Assembly (NCBI GenBank): GCA_951406725.2
Contig: OX597815.1
Span: forward strand, 2,852,001-2,916,000
Direction: 5' to 3'
Source: Octopus vulgaris
Lineage: Eukaryota
Length of the DNA stretch: 64,000 bases
Shown: positions 37,054 through 50,862 of the stretch, in pieces
Position numbering within the stretch: the first letter of the stretch is position 1
How the letters are laid out: each line of letters starts with the position of its first letter
Notes under the pieces: generated by a model
Database searches by the model: none
Seen by the model: the letters and a program-made list of their open reading frames with translations, nothing else
What the model was told of the DNA's origin: nothing
Position numbers and translations under genes: made by a program

Positions 37054-37676
37054 TGTTGCAAAAACCTGGACTTGCCCCATGATAAAAACTGGTGGGAACA
37101 CAAACCACCTCCAGTGCTTGAAAATGATCACATCTCATTCCTCTGGAACTTCACCATTCAAACTGACAGAAAGATAGATGCAAATAGGCCAGACATCATA
37201 TTGAAAGACTTCAAACAAAGAACATGCCTCCTCATTGATATGACTGTCCCAGTCGATATAAACGTATCTGTCAAGACCTACCAAAAACTGAGCAAATATA
37301 AAGATCCTGGAATAGAAATTAGCAAAACGTGGAACCTGAAGCCTAAAACAATACCTGTTGTCATAGGAGCCCTAGGAACAATAGCAAAAGGGGCTGATTG
37401 CTACCTAGCTCAGATACCAGGAAACCCCCCAAATGGCAGAAATTCAAAAGATAGTTCCCATGGGAACTGCTCATATCCTACGTAAAATACTGTCTATGTA
37501 ATCTCTAATTTTAAAACAAACATAATCTTCTTAAGGTTTTTTAAACATTCTCTAGAACAACGCTATGTACAAAACCAAATATATGGCACCAACATGAAGT
37601 TCTAACTTGTCTCTTGGGGTCTCTGGGTGAGACTTGGAGCCAACTTCTACAAATGCAAAGCAAAAGTCAAACATAA

Positions 37677-37680
<4 letters not shown>
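37054..37680 (+). mobile_element. REL-LINE 3' fragment, second family
   Basis: ORF 37072-37485 WNFTIQTDRKIDANRPDIILKD..KLSKYKD..PVVIGALG. Relatives at 38770-38945 (UTR) and 50870-51093. Confidence 0.9.
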
Positions 37681-37727
<47 letters not shown>

Positions 37728-37728
<1 letters not shown>

Positions 37729-38030
37729 TAGGTGCCCTAGGTATGATAAAAAAGGGATGTCAGAAACATCTAGATAAGATCCCAGGAGAACTACGCCTCA
37801 GAGAAATCCAAAAGATTGTACTAACAAGTACGGCTGTATCCTTAGAAAAACCTTATCCGTTTAAATGTCTGTGTTTTATTACATGAAGATATTTCGTTAC
37901 TTCCCCTCCCCAAACTTTCTGTCATACTGTAACATCTCTTATTCTTCACTCGCCCCAGGACGCTGGGTGTGTCTCGGCAAGTGACTGTAACAAACATGCT
38001 GATTAAAAGTAAACAAGCAAACAAACAAAC
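37728..38030 (+). mobile_element. REL-LINE 3' tip, third family
   Basis: VGALGMIKKGCQKHLDKIPG..EIQKIVL, lying between (AAT)n tracts. Confidence 0.75.
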
Positions 38031-38101
38031 AAATAATAATAATAACAACAACAACAACAACAACAACAGCACTAATAATAATAATAATAATAATAATGAT
38101 G

Positions 38102-38134
<33 letters not shown>

Positions 38135-38149
38135 GTAATAATAATAATG

Positions 38150-38204
<55 letters not shown>

Positions 38205-38236
38205 TAATAATAATAATAATGATAATAATAATGGAT

Positions 38237-38748
38237 TTTAACTGATTGGAAGTGTTATCATGTCCATTGTTTTGTCTTGGTATAAAAGATGGGCTACAGC
38301 AAATATTCTGCTCAATACCACAGATTTGCTTGTCAGTTGTTTGACCGTAACCAGCTGAGCATGTCCCTTAGTGGCTGACGATATGTGCATCTCTGATCAT
38401 GAGCAGAAGTAGTGGGGGAGCATCATAGCCATGTGTTGAGAGGAATTCTTGAAGGTTTGGATAATTCACCTTTGGAAACATGGGTGTTTCGTTCAACGTC
38501 CTTAAACAATCCTTATTCAGGGACCTTTTGAGCGGGATGGGTTACTCGACCAGAAGATAATTCTAACTGGGCCCCACCTGCAAGGTCATGCTCTCTTTGT
38601 CTTGTTATGAAATCACAATGTCGCGCACATATGGTTGTGGTGCATGTGCCTGATGTACCCTTATCAGACGGGATGTATCCTTATCGTAATTGGGCTTCGT
38701 ATATTTTACCCCAGTGTCACTTTGATGGCATGCACTGCTCTCTCGCTC
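38237..38748 (+). mobile_element. Family M copy, 5'-truncated
   Basis: Homology to 2376-2931, with (AAT)n flanks. Confidence 0.9.
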
Positions 38749-38945
38749 AATAATAATAATAATAATAATATTTTTTTTTGTTTTAATTTATGTATTAGAC
38801 ATTCACTAGTACAACACACAAAAAAAATATATATATATGGCACACTAGGCATAACACAACGTGAACTTCCAACATGTTATCTCTTGAGGTCTCTGGGTGA
38901 GACTTGGAGCCAACTTGTACAGACATAAAGCAAAAGTTAAACATA

Positions 38946-39004
<59 letters not shown>

Positions 39005-39075
39005 TTTCAAATTTTGGCACAAGGCCAGCAAGTTTGGGTGAGGGTGTTATCAATAATGATAATTATTACTGTTAT

Positions 39076-39494
39076 TGAATGAGAGGGTAGTGCATACCAT
39101 TAAAGTGACACTGGGGTAAAATATATGAAGCCCAGTATAGCCTTCATTTACGCTTCTGATAAGGGTACACTAAGCACATGCATTACACCCATATGTGCAT
39201 CACATGGTGATCACACATCAAGATAAATAGCGCATGACCTTGTAGGTGGAGTTCAGTTAGTAATTTCTTCAGGACAAGTAACCTATCCCGTTCAAATGGC
39301 CTTGTATAAGGATTGTTTAGAGATGTTGAATGAGACACCCATGTTTCCAAAGGTGAATTATCCAAACCCCAAAGAATTCCTCTCAACACATGCCTATGAT
39401 GCTCCCCCTTTACTTCTGCTGGTGATTAGAGATGCACATATCGTCAGCCACCAAGGGACATGCTCAAATGGTTAAGGTCAAACAACTGACAAGC
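39076..39494 (-). mobile_element. Family M copy, diverged, antisense
   Basis: Reverse-complement homology to 2376-2931. Confidence 0.85.
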
Positions 39495-39930
39495 GAGACG
39501 GGAGATGCATGTGTGGGAGACACTGGAGAAGCTGGCACCAAACTCTGAAATTGAGAGCAATACCAAACCCCGAACTGGACGCCACTGCACTGTTCCAAAG
39601 TTCCTAGCTATCCCATCTAGAATGAGGGTACAGCAATAACTTAGGATCCAACGGTTCACAGCTATTTAACACCTTGTCAAAACGTCTGAGGGATCTTCAT
39701 GGAGGAGGGCTAGATGGTTTCAAGAAAAACAACTTGACCCCTGCCCTTCAAGGTCCCAGATGAACCAATATCAAGACAGGAGGCTCAAAAGAGGGCAGCA
39801 GTATCGAGCTGCCTCCTTCACCAAAAGCTAATCACATAGAATTAGCCATTGAAGGAGTAATTAGACTGGCGGTGCCCCAGCGTGGTCACAGCCTTAGGCC
39901 TGAAACATGTAAAACAATAACAGAATAACA
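39495..39930 (+). mobile_element. CR1/L2-group LINE 3' end
   Basis: QLFNTLSKRLRDLH..FK....VPDEP; tail GGCGGTGCCCCAGCGTGGTCACAG..CTGAAAC. Confidence 0.75.
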
Positions 39931-40022
39931 CAAAAGACACATACATACATACATACATACATACATACATACATACATACATACATACATACATACGTAT
40001 GTACGTAAATCCATACTGCACA

Positions 40023-40055
<33 letters not shown>

Positions 40056-40160
40056 CATATATTTAAATATTATGGTTGCACCCTCATTATCAAGTATGGC
40101 CATATTTATATATATATGCATATACATACATACATGCATACATGCATACATACATGCATG

Positions 40161-40208
<48 letters not shown>

Positions 40209-40274
40209 TCACACATACATACATTTCATCATTTCATACATACATACATACCTACGTATGTACGTACATACTAC

Positions 40275-40320
<46 letters not shown>

Positions 40321-40749
40321 CATATATATATATGTGTGTGTGTGTGTGTGTATAGCATTGGTGCTAATACACGAGGCATTCACCGCTCGTACACAGAAGC
40401 GAAAAAGCAAATAAAATAAGCAAGCGAAGAGTCAGAACAATAACCACTACGAAGAATATCACTGGTCTTATTCATGTATTGCTTCTACTCTCTCACTCTG
40501 ATCACTCTCTCTCTCTCTTTCTCTTTCTCTGTCTCTCTCTTTCTCTTTCTCTGTCTCTCTCACTCTCTCTTTCTGTCTCTCTCTCTCTCGCTTTCTCATT
40601 CCCCGTGTCAAGCTCCCCGCGCAGGCGACCCTATATATGGAATACATACCTTAGCAGAAATGTGAGAGGCATACTAGAAAATCCCTTAAAACAAAATACG
40701 AGGATGGGTAGGCGAGGGTGGAGGGGAGGGCAAGGTGCGTCTGAATGGA

Positions 40750-41090
40750 AGGGGGAGGAGAAGAAGAAGAAGAAGAAGAAGAAGAAGAAGAGGAGAAGAA
40801 GAAGAAGAAGAAGAAGAAGAAGAAGAAGAAGAAAAGAAGGGGAGGAGAAGAAGAAGAAGAAGAAGAAGAAGAAGAGGAGAAGAAGAAGAAGAAGAAGAAG
40901 AAGAAGAAGGAGAAGAAGAAAAGAAGGGGAGGAGAAGAAGAAGAAGAAGAAGAAGAGCAGGAGGAGGAAGAAGAAGAAAAAGAAGATGAAGAAGAAGAAG
41001 AAGAAGAGGAGGCGGCGGTGAAGCAGTGGTGGAGATGATGTGACGGAAGTAAGAAATACGCAGTTAATGTGTTGAATGTATGAAGAAGGC

Positions 41091-41124
<34 letters not shown>

Positions 41125-41230
41125 TGTGGAAGGCAGAGAGAGAGAGAGAGAGAGTGGAAGGCAGAGAGAGACAGAGAGAGAGAGAGTGGAAGGCAGAGAG
41201 GAAGGCAGAGAGAGAGAGAGAGAGGGGGGA
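40750..41230. repeat. (GAA)n/(GA)n polypurine block with higher-order repeats
   Basis: GAAGGGGAGGA(GAA)n occurs three times; GTGGAAGGCA(GA)n is repeated. Confidence 0.9.
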
Positions 41231-41637
41231 GCGTTGAGATTGGTTTAAAGTGATAAGCGAGAGGGAGAGAGAGAAGCTGGAGTTGATTTCGCTGAAAAAG
41301 GATTTGGTGAGATAATGGGGGGGGGTTAATGGTGAAGTTTAGCGTCCCACCATTGGGACGTTGACGTTGGTTGGCACTTACGGTGGTGGTGGTGGTGGTG
41401 AGAACAGAGAGAAGGTGTGTTATGCAGGTAGATTACGAAAATATTGTGGTAAGACTTGGGTGGGTGGGTGAGGGGAGGGGAGCATAAGGGTTTGGTGCTT
41501 CCCTGCACCAAACGAGGTCAACTCGTGCACAAAACATAAAGCAATGGAAAATAGTGTATGTATGGATGTATGTATGTATGTAGGTAGGCATGTAGGTAGG
41601 CAGGTAGGTTGGTAGGTGTGCATGCTTATATAAATAA

Positions 41638-41673
<36 letters not shown>

Positions 41674-41858
41674 ATGTATATTTGTATGTATGTATGTATG
41701 TATGCATGTATGTATGTATGTATGTATGTATGTATGTATGTATGTATGTATGTATGTTATGTATGTATGTATGTATGTATCTATGTATGTATGTATGTAT
41801 GTATGAATGTATGTATGTATGTAGGTAGGTAGGTGTGCATGCTTATATAAATAAATAA

Positions 41859-41900
<42 letters not shown>

Positions 41901-41986
41901 TTGTATGTATATCTTTTATATAAATATACAAATATATATAAGTATATATGTATACACATATATGTGTGTGTTTGTGTGTGTGTGAC

Positions 41987-42311
41987 TGTAGACGCGTGAT
42001 GGCCCAGTGGTTAGGGCAGTGGACTCACGGTCATAGGATCCCGGTTTCGATCCCGGCAGGTGGGGCGGTAGCGAACCCTGCTGTACTCTTTCACCACAAC
42101 TTTCTCTCACACTTTCTTCCTGTTTCTGTTGTACCTGTATTTCAAAGGGGCCAGGTTTGTCACACTCCGTGTCACGCTGAATCTCCCCCGAGAACTACAA
42201 TAAGGGTACACGTGTCTGTGGAGTACTCAGCCACTTGCACGTTATTTCGCGAGCAGGTTGTTCCGTCGATCGGATCAACAGGAACCCTCGTCGTCGTAAC
42301 CGACGGAGTGT
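41987..42311 (+). mobile_element. SINE family A, tail alpha, internal deletion
   Basis: Homology to 1568-1942. Confidence 0.85.
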
Positions 42312-42399
42312 CACGATATATGTCTGTGTGCGTGTGTGTGTTTGCGTATGTATATGTGTGTGTGTGTGTGTGCGTATCACACATATATAGATATACATG

Positions 42400-42557
42400 T
42401 GGAAGGTGTACCGAGGAAGTTCGCTTTGGAACCATGGGGTTTCAGTTCCGACCCCACAGCGGGGCACCTCGGGCAAATGTCTTCTACTATAGCCTCTGGC
42501 CGACAAAAGCTTTGTGAGTGGATTTGGTAAATGGAAACTGCGCGGAAGCCCACTGAG

Positions 42558-42618
<61 letters not shown>

Positions 42619-42803
42619 AATCTTTGTCTTTATGTTTGTCACCACGCTCTTTGATAACCGGTGTTAGTTGGTTTACGTTTCCTTAACTTAGCATAAGAAA
42701 CCAAGGGAGTAAGTACTGGGGTCCATTTGTTGGATCAAACCCCTCAGGGCGTTGCCCCAGCATGACCGCCGTCCAATGACTGAAACAAGTAAAAGATAAA
42801 AGA
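42400..42803 (+). mobile_element. SINE family B, diverged
   Basis: Homology to the B consensus. Confidence 0.8.
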
Positions 42804-42859
42804 TATACGCGTACGTATGTGTGCATGTGTGTGTGTGTGTGTGTATACATGTGTGTGCA

Positions 42860-42912
<53 letters not shown>

Positions 42913-43114
42913 ATCTGTGTGCATGTGTGTGTGTGTGTTGTGTTTGTGTGAATTTGTGCATGGGTATGCGTGGGTGTGTGTATTTGTGCGCATGTGTGTG
43001 TGTGTGCGTATGCGTGTTTCTGTGTTTGTGTGCATCTGTGTGTATGTGCGTGTGCGTGTGTTTATGTGCATGTGTGTGTTGTATATATGTGTGCGTGTGC
43101 ATCTGTGTGTGTGT

Positions 43115-43152
<38 letters not shown>

Positions 43153-43464
43153 AGAGAGAGGTTTGGCGCTGCCAGCGGGAGAAATGCAACTGTGGCTATG
43201 TGTATATTCTTTCTTAGCGTTTTTGCACAGTTGCTGCAGAGTGACTCAAACGGCCAGAGTTTCGTGCGTTCGCACTTATCAGTGTATGTGTATGTTTATG
43301 TATGTATGTATGTGTGTGTATATTTGTCGGGATCCGATGAACAGAACTATAATGGAATTATAATGCAGTCGGCTGAGTATTCCTCAGGTATATATTTAAT
43401 CTGTAATCTTCGGGAATGGAAAAAGTCTGTGACAAAACGATACCTTTGAACAACAGGTTAAATC

Positions 43465-43494
43465 TATGATGATGATGATGATGATGATGATGAC

Positions 43495-43525
<31 letters not shown>

Positions 43526-43559
43526 GTGATGATGGTGATGATGGTGATCGTGGTGGTGG

Positions 43560-43594
<35 letters not shown>

Positions 43595-43700
43595 ATGTTG
43601 ATGATGAGGATGATGATGATGATGATGTTGATGATGAGGATGATGATGATGATGATGTAGATGATGAGATGATGATGATGATGATGATGTAGATGATGTA

Positions 43701-43737
<37 letters not shown>

Positions 43738-43802
43738 TTGATGATGAGGATGATGATGATGATGATGTAGATGATGATGATGATGATGATGTAGATGATG
43801 TA

Positions 43803-43836
<34 letters not shown>

Positions 43837-43945
43837 TAGATGATGTAGATGATGATGATGATGTAGATGATGATGATGATGATGGTGATGGTGATGATGA
43901 TGATGAGGAGGAGGAGGAGGAGGAAGAGGAGAATGAGGAGGAAGA
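43465..43945. repeat. Compound (GAT)n/(GAG)n array
   Basis: Visible directly; the poly-His and poly-Met ORFs are artefacts. Confidence 0.95.
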
Positions 43946-44242
43946 GGAGGAAGATGGGCCGACGGTGTCGGCAGTGGTGGCGGTAGTGAGGATAATGTTG
44001 TTGATGATGACGATAATGATGTTGATGATGACGTCATCCTAATCTTCTACCTCATCATTATCGCTGTCGTCATCATCGTATCACTGTGCCACTTTAACAA
44101 CCGCCGCCGCCACCACCACCGTCGCCGCCGCCACAACCACCACCACCACCATAAAAACTATGTCAAGAGTAATAATTACTATCATGTATCTTCTTTTACA
44201 TCTACTCTTTTCTCTCCCCTCTCTCCCCTCTTCCTCCTCCTC

Positions 44243-44275
<33 letters not shown>

Positions 44276-44824
44276 TTTCATCTTCTTTTTTGCCCTCTTT
44301 TTCGGTGAAACTTGGTCATCTTCGAAATCGGCGAAAGAACCCGAGCCCAGTCCGTATTCCGACCATTCAGACCTCGCTACAGTTCCTCCGATTCTGTTCT
44401 GACCAGGTCGGCTATCGTCCAGTCACACCCGGTACGCCTCAGAGATGATCGCAGGCGGCCATTAATTAAGACCATCTCCAAAACCTCGAAAGTCTCTCAT
44501 ACCTCTGTGACCACCGCCACAGACCTCGTGAGCCCAGAGCCCCCAATAGGGACCGACTCCATTGTGTCTTTGGCCAGTAAGTCGTTATCCTTGAGAAATT
44601 TAGTGAAAGCGCTGTTTATCTGTTTCCCATACTGGGGCACTGCCTCCAACGGTTTTTAGTCGAATGAATCGACCACATTACTTCTTTTAAAGCCTGGCAC
44701 TTATGCTATCAGTTCCTTATGCTGAACCGTTAAGTTACGGGAACGTAAACACACCAACACCGGTTGTCAAGCGGTAGTGTTAGACAAACACGCGGGCATA
44801 CGCACATATGTGTATGTCTATATG

Positions 44825-44899
<75 letters not shown>

Positions 44900-44904
<5 letters not shown>

Positions 44905-45258
44905 TTTTTCAGAATAAGATAAAAAACCAAGGGTGTGAAAATTTTATAAACATTTATAAATAGAAGGTCTTACAGCTGTTTCCAGGATATTTATTAAATC
45001 CCTTCATCGGAGACGGTATGAGAGATGGTTAAGCAATAGTTAATTTAGATGAGATACGAAATAGAGAGTGAAGTGGAGGAATGAAAATAGTTGTGAGATA
45101 TGCAGGGATATTGCATTTGTAGATCCATTATTTAAGCGGAATGGTATACATATAAGATTCCAGTACCTTTTGAGTAAAATCCAATTGTATCTAAAATTGG
45201 TCATTTCAAGTATAGAGTATTTTTTGCGTAATTTAGACAACTTATTCACCGCACCCTC

Positions 45259-45262
<4 letters not shown>
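44900..45262 (-). mobile_element. PLE 3' remnant (GIY-YIG-like C-terminus plus hammerhead-like motif at 44967-45014)
   Basis: Frameshifted SILE..VLES..RLNNGS..ISLHI, then GTCT-CCGATGA-A-GGGAT..ATCCT-G-GAAA-CAGCTG-TA^AGAC. (TA)n flanks. Confidence 0.6.
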
Positions 45263-45316
<54 letters not shown>

Positions 45317-45340
45317 TGCATATATATATATATACATATA

Positions 45341-45397
<57 letters not shown>

Positions 45398-45429
45398 AAC
45401 TCTATATGTATGTATGAATGTATGTATTA

Positions 45430-45983
45430 TGTCAGGTCACTTTCGAGTGCTACTGGTAACATGTAACCCAGTACAACCTGTTGCATGGTCGGGTCGTCGG
45501 CGACTAAACCGGCAACCCCACCAATCTTGCTTGGTGAGGAGGGTGTTTATTGGACACCATGCGGGATGAAGAACAAAACCCCTCAAAGGGCGGAGGAACT
45601 CTTGAGAGTCAACTGCCATCCAATAAATGCGTTAAGGCTGTATCATGCGCGGGGACATAGAAATAATCGGACTGAATACCCGATTGCGCGGTTAAACCAT
45701 TGGGAGTGAAGGACTCCTTGCCATGTTAGGGCATCCTTCTAGGAGAAGGTAACTCGGGTAACTGGGATAACTCCGACATAAAACCTGCGGCTCAGTGGTT
45801 ACCGATGATGTTAACTTGTTCTTCTTTTCGGATTATGGCTGCTGTTGCTTAGTGAGTGGGATTGACTCAGTGCACAGCCTTTCCTCACTTTAAAAAAAAT
45901 CTTCTTGCACAGGCATTGCACGATAACAATATTGATTAAGCTTCGTGCAATGGCCATACTCGATAACGAGGGGGAAGCCACCA
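45430..45983 (+). mobile_element. Non-autonomous RTE-derived element
   Basis: RTE-5'UTR-like GGGCA..TCTAGGAGAAGG..AACTC. Tail GGCCATACTCGATAACGAGGGGGAAGCC resembles the RTE UTR at 12421-12450 and a tail remnant at 40073-40103. Confidence 0.55.
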
Positions 45984-46286
45984 TGTATATGTATGTACGT
46001 ATATTTGTTTGTGCTTCTGTCTGTGTTTGTTCCCCCACCATCGCTTGACAACCGATGTTGGTGTGTTTACGTCCCCGAAATTTAACAATTCGGCAATAGA
46101 GACCGAGAGAATAAGTCCTGGGGTCGATTTCTTCGACTAAAGGCGGTGCTCCAGCATGGCCGCAGTCAAATGAGTGAAACAAGTAAAAGAATAGAAGAAT
46201 ACTAGAGAGAAAGGGATGAAACAGTTTCATTTGTGGATTTTCGGAAAAGCATAAACAAGACGTAACCACCTTCAAATTAAAATACC

Positions 46287-46637
46287 TACGGATTAAGTCG
46301 ATTACATCGACCCCAGTGCGTAACTGGTACTTAATTTAATCGACCTCGAAAGGATGAAAGGCAAAGTCGGCCTCGCCGGAATTTGAACTCAGAACGTAAC
46401 GGCAGACGAAATACCTATTTCTTTACTACCCACAAGGGGCTAAACACAGAGAGGACAAACAAGGAAAGACAAACGGATTAAGTCGATTATATCGACCCCA
46501 GTACGTAACTGGTACTTATTTAATCGACCCCGGAAGGATGAAAGGCAAAGTCGACCTCGCCGGAATCTGAACTCAGAACGTAACGGCAGACGAAAGACCG
46601 CTAAGCATTTCGCCCGGCGTGCTAACGTCTCTGCCAG
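46287..46637 (-). mobile_element. SINE family C dimer
   Basis: Junction GAAATACC|TATTTC at 46408-46421. Confidence 0.9.
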
Positions 46638-46669
46638 TCAAGTTCTGGTGCTCGACATATCTATCCGGG

Positions 46670-46935
46670 CATTCGCTCATTTTCGCCACCCACTGTTCCT
46701 GTGAAGGCCGTAGGGGTAGGGTCCTCAGGCACCCTCCTACGTATGGCCCTATCAGGAACAACAGCCATTACATTTTACGGCTGAATGAACTGAGGCCATG
46801 GATATTATTCATCCATCTTGCTCGTGGTCTACCCCGAGGTCTCCCGGCAGTTTGCTCGCCTTGAAGAATCTGGCTTTCGAATCTTTTCTAGTCTCATGCC
46901 GACTGTGATTATCTTCCCGAAAGTGCGTGATCTTG
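46670..46935 (-). mobile_element. RTE-clade LINE 3' fragment (decayed)
   Basis: Minus strand: GRPRGRPRARWMNNI...DRA...LRTLPLRPSQE. Confidence 0.65.
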
Positions 46936-47180
46936 TTCTTGTGTCGGACTTCAATATTTGCTTATGTGTGTAGTTTGTTTGTGTAGATGTGTGTGGCGAT
47001 ATGTAAATAAAACCTCCCTGGGGAGGCCATTTTACCCCCACCGTCAACCATATTTCGCTAAAATATGCAAAGATTGCTTCTGTATTGTTTGTGTCACTTC
47101 ACATCTATTGACTGCATACCATAACGGTGTCGGGGGTTTGCCTACGTAAGAACATAGCGTTTAGAGACATTGTTGACATA

Positions 47181-47182
<2 letters not shown>

Positions 47183-47254
<72 letters not shown>

Positions 47255-47509
47255 ACAAACACACACACACGCGCACACAAACACACAAACACACACACAC
47301 ACACGTACACACACAAACACACACAAACACAAACACACACGTACACACACAAACACACACAAACACAAACACACACAGACACACACACACACACATACAC
47401 ACACACACACGCACACACACAAACACACACACACACGCACACACAAACACACGCACACACACACACACAAACACACACAAACACACGTACACACACAAAC
47501 ACACACACA

Positions 47510-47564
<55 letters not shown>

Positions 47565-47593
47565 GTACACACACGCACACACAAACACACACA

Positions 47594-47651
<58 letters not shown>

Positions 47652-47826
47652 CACACATACTCGAACAGATGCGCACACATTCACCCGAATATAGCACACT
47701 CGCAAACATAACACATAGCACAAACGCACAATCATAACATTCACACACACACAGCACACAGATACGCATACACATTCACACAAGTATAACACACGCGCAC
47801 AAATAACACATACACACACACACACA
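47183..47826. repeat. Compound (CA)n array
   Basis: Visible directly. Similar arrays at 34560-34935 and 42815-43160. Confidence 0.95.
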
Positions 47827-48326
47827 CCATGGTGTTTGGTGTCAAACAGATGGCACAGTAATTATAAACAACAACAGCCACAACAACAACAGCAACCACC
47901 CTGGACGAGTATTTGATATTTGTTGATGTTGAAAGTTGGTGGTCGGCAGAAATGATGAGGCACCGGACCTGATACTTCATAGAGTCTCATTAAACCTCTG
48001 CTGTTTATTAGAAAACAGAGAATAGTAGAGTCTGTAGAGCGTCGGACAGAGTGACCGGTGTATTTGTTCCGGTACTCTTCGTTCTGAGTTCGAATTCCGC
48101 AAAGGTCGTCTCTTTTTTATTTTTTATTCTTTCAGAGTCTCCTCTTAATAATAATATACCTCTTTAGAACGGAAGAGTGACAAAGCTGTTAAAATGCCGG
48201 ATGGAATGCTGTACTGTATCTTCTCCGGCTCTTATTTTTTCTATCTAAGTTTTATATCACAGTTTCTATCACGGGCCTCTCTGTGGCAGGGAAACGATCC
48301 TTTGTCTAACGGTAATGGACCTTCAA

Positions 48327-48558
48327 AAGGCAGCGAGATGGCAGAAACGTTAGCACACCGGGCGAAATGCTTAGCAGTATTTCGTCTACGTTACGTTGTG
48401 AGTTCGAATTCCGCCGAGGTCGACTTTGCCTTTCATCTTTTCGGGGTCGATAAATCAAGTACCAGTTACGCACTGGGGTCGATGTAATCGACTTAATACC
48501 TATGTCTGTCCTTGTTTGTCCCCTCTGTGTTTAGCCCCTTGTGGGTAATAAAGAAATA
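48327..48558 (+). mobile_element. SINE family C monomer
   Basis: 16-bp TSD GGTAATGGACCTTCAA at 48311-48326 / 48559-48574. Confidence 0.92.
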
Positions 48559-48824
48559 GGTAATGGACCTTCAATAGGAAACGAACAGACATTGAATTGA
48601 CTGAAGCATTTACACAACATCTTTTTAATATGGACATTTTAGGAGATAAGCTACCAAAAACTGATCTAGAAATAATCTTCTTTTCGATACATTTCAAAGA
48701 GCTCTACAAAACCCATTGGTCCAGAATGCTCCCCGTGATAGGGGAATCGTTTTCTTTGACGTACGATACACTTCCAATACGGTTCTTACAAGAAAGCTAT
48801 TTCTTGGGGTATTTAGGACTATGG

Positions 48825-49135
48825 TCATTTGGTGTCATGTCCAGAATGTAGAACATAGGCGATTATGTCCAGCCCCAATTCTCTGTTCTTTGTTTTCTGT
48901 AAAAGTCCCACTTCCTGATGTTTAATGTCTCTTTCTGCCAACCAGTTCGTCAAGCTTGACACCCATAGTATCCTTCTCCTTCCTTTGTTTCTTTTCCCTT
49001 CAATACTTCCGGTTATTGCTACAGTTTCCAGGCCCTCTTTCCTCGCCATATGACCAAGAAATCTCAATTGTTTGGTCCATATCTCACAAAGCAGTTTCCT
49101 AGTAACCACAGCCCAGGTCATCACTTCTCCATTAG
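48825..49135 (-). mobile_element. RTE/BovB-like LINE 3' fragment
   Basis: KQLRFLGHMARKEGLETVAITGSIEGKRNKGRRRILW. Confidence 0.85.
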
Positions 49136-49281
49136 ACCCCTAGTCTGTTCATGCAATCCTCAATAAGAACCACGTTTTACAGCCCTCCAAGAATATTACG
49201 GACAAGGCGATACAAGTCGCTTCGGAATCCTCAAGAATGGTATATATCGATATTACGCCGTCATTGTGGCTTTTTTATGGA

Positions 49282-49659
49282 AGCACTCCGTCGGTTACGA
49301 CGACGAGGGTTCCGGTTGATCCGAATCAAGGGAACAGCCTGCTCGTGAAATTAACGTGTAAGTGGCTGAGCACTCCACAGACACGTGTACCCTCAACGTA
49401 GTTCTCGGGGATATTCAGCGTGACACAGAGAGTGACAAGGCCGGCCCCTTGAAATACAGGTACAACAGAAACAGGAAGTAAGAGTGAGAGAAAGTTGTGG
49501 TGAAAGAGTACAGCAGGGATCACCACCATCCCCTGCCGGAGCCTCGTGGAGCTTTAGGTGTTTTCGCTCAATAAACACTCACAACGCCCGGTCTGGGAAT
49601 CGAAACCGCGATCCTATGACCGCGAGTCCGCTGCCCTAACCACTAGGCCATTGCGCCTC
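49282..49659 (-). mobile_element. SINE family A, tail alpha
   Basis: TSD CATTGTGGCTT at 49262-49272 / 49660-49670. Confidence 0.9.
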
Positions 49660-49831
49660 CATTGTGGCTTAGGAACACCATGCATCTGGATCATCTCGAA
49701 ACGAAACGAATTTCCGTTCCATGGCTTATATGCAAAATAGAGTGAAGTCTATTTGTTGCGGCATAGCACACGCGAAAGAAAATTAAATCACGAATTAAAT
49801 AATATACATAATTACTACTACTACTACCACC

Positions 49832-49956
<125 letters not shown>

Positions 49957-50005
49957 TACTACTACTACTACCACCACCACCACCACCACTACTAATACTA
50001 CTACC

Positions 50006-50046
<41 letters not shown>

Positions 50047-50086
50047 CACTACTACCACCACCACCACCACCACCACCACCACCACC

Positions 50087-50132
<46 letters not shown>

Positions 50133-50150
50133 ATAATAATAATAATAATG

Positions 50151-50717
50151 ATTGCCCTGATGCCGTACCAGGCAGTGGCTCTCATGGCTTCTGATCTTAA
50201 CTGATTGGAAGTGTTATCATGTACATTGTTTTGTCTTGGTATAAAAGATGGGCTACAGCAAATATTCTGCTCAATACCTCAGATTTGTTTGTCAGTTGTT
50301 TGACCTTAACCAGTTGAGCATGTCCCTCAGTGGCTGACGATATGCGCATCTCTGATCACGAGCAGAAGTAGTGGGGGAACATCATAGCCAAGTGTTGAGA
50401 GGGATTCTTTGGGGTTTGAATAATTCACCTCTGGAAACATGGGTGTTTCGTTCAACATCCTTAAACAATCCTTATTCAGGGACCTTTTCAGCAGGATGGG
50501 TTATTCGACCTGAAGAAAATTCTAACTGAGCCCCGCCTGCAAGATCATGCGCTGTTTATCTTGATATGAGATCACCATGTCGCGCACATGTGGTTGTGAT
50601 GCATGTGCCTAGTGTACCCTTATCAGACGGGTAGTCATGATGGGTATACTGGGCTTCGTATATTTGTACTCCAGTGTCACTTTGATGGCATGCACTGCTC
50701 TCTCTGCTCTCTCACTC
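50151..50717 (+). mobile_element. Family M copy, full length, between (TAC/CAC)n-(AAT)n and (AAT)n-(GAT)n
   Basis: Homology to 2376-2931. Confidence 0.9.
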
Positions 50718-50740
50718 AATAATAATAATGATGATGGTGG

Positions 50741-50789
<49 letters not shown>

Positions 50790-50790
50790 A

Positions 50791-50862
<72 letters not shown>

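Noticed and set aside
40629-40641. CArG/TATA-like CCTATATATGG
   Set aside because: It has seven A/T between CC and GG (non-canonical) and no supporting downstream exon.
43396-44037. His/Pro-rich 213-aa ORF (also 35282, 49691, 50637)
   Set aside because: Pure (GAT)/(TAC)/(CAC) repeats open in several frames; no splice or domain evidence.
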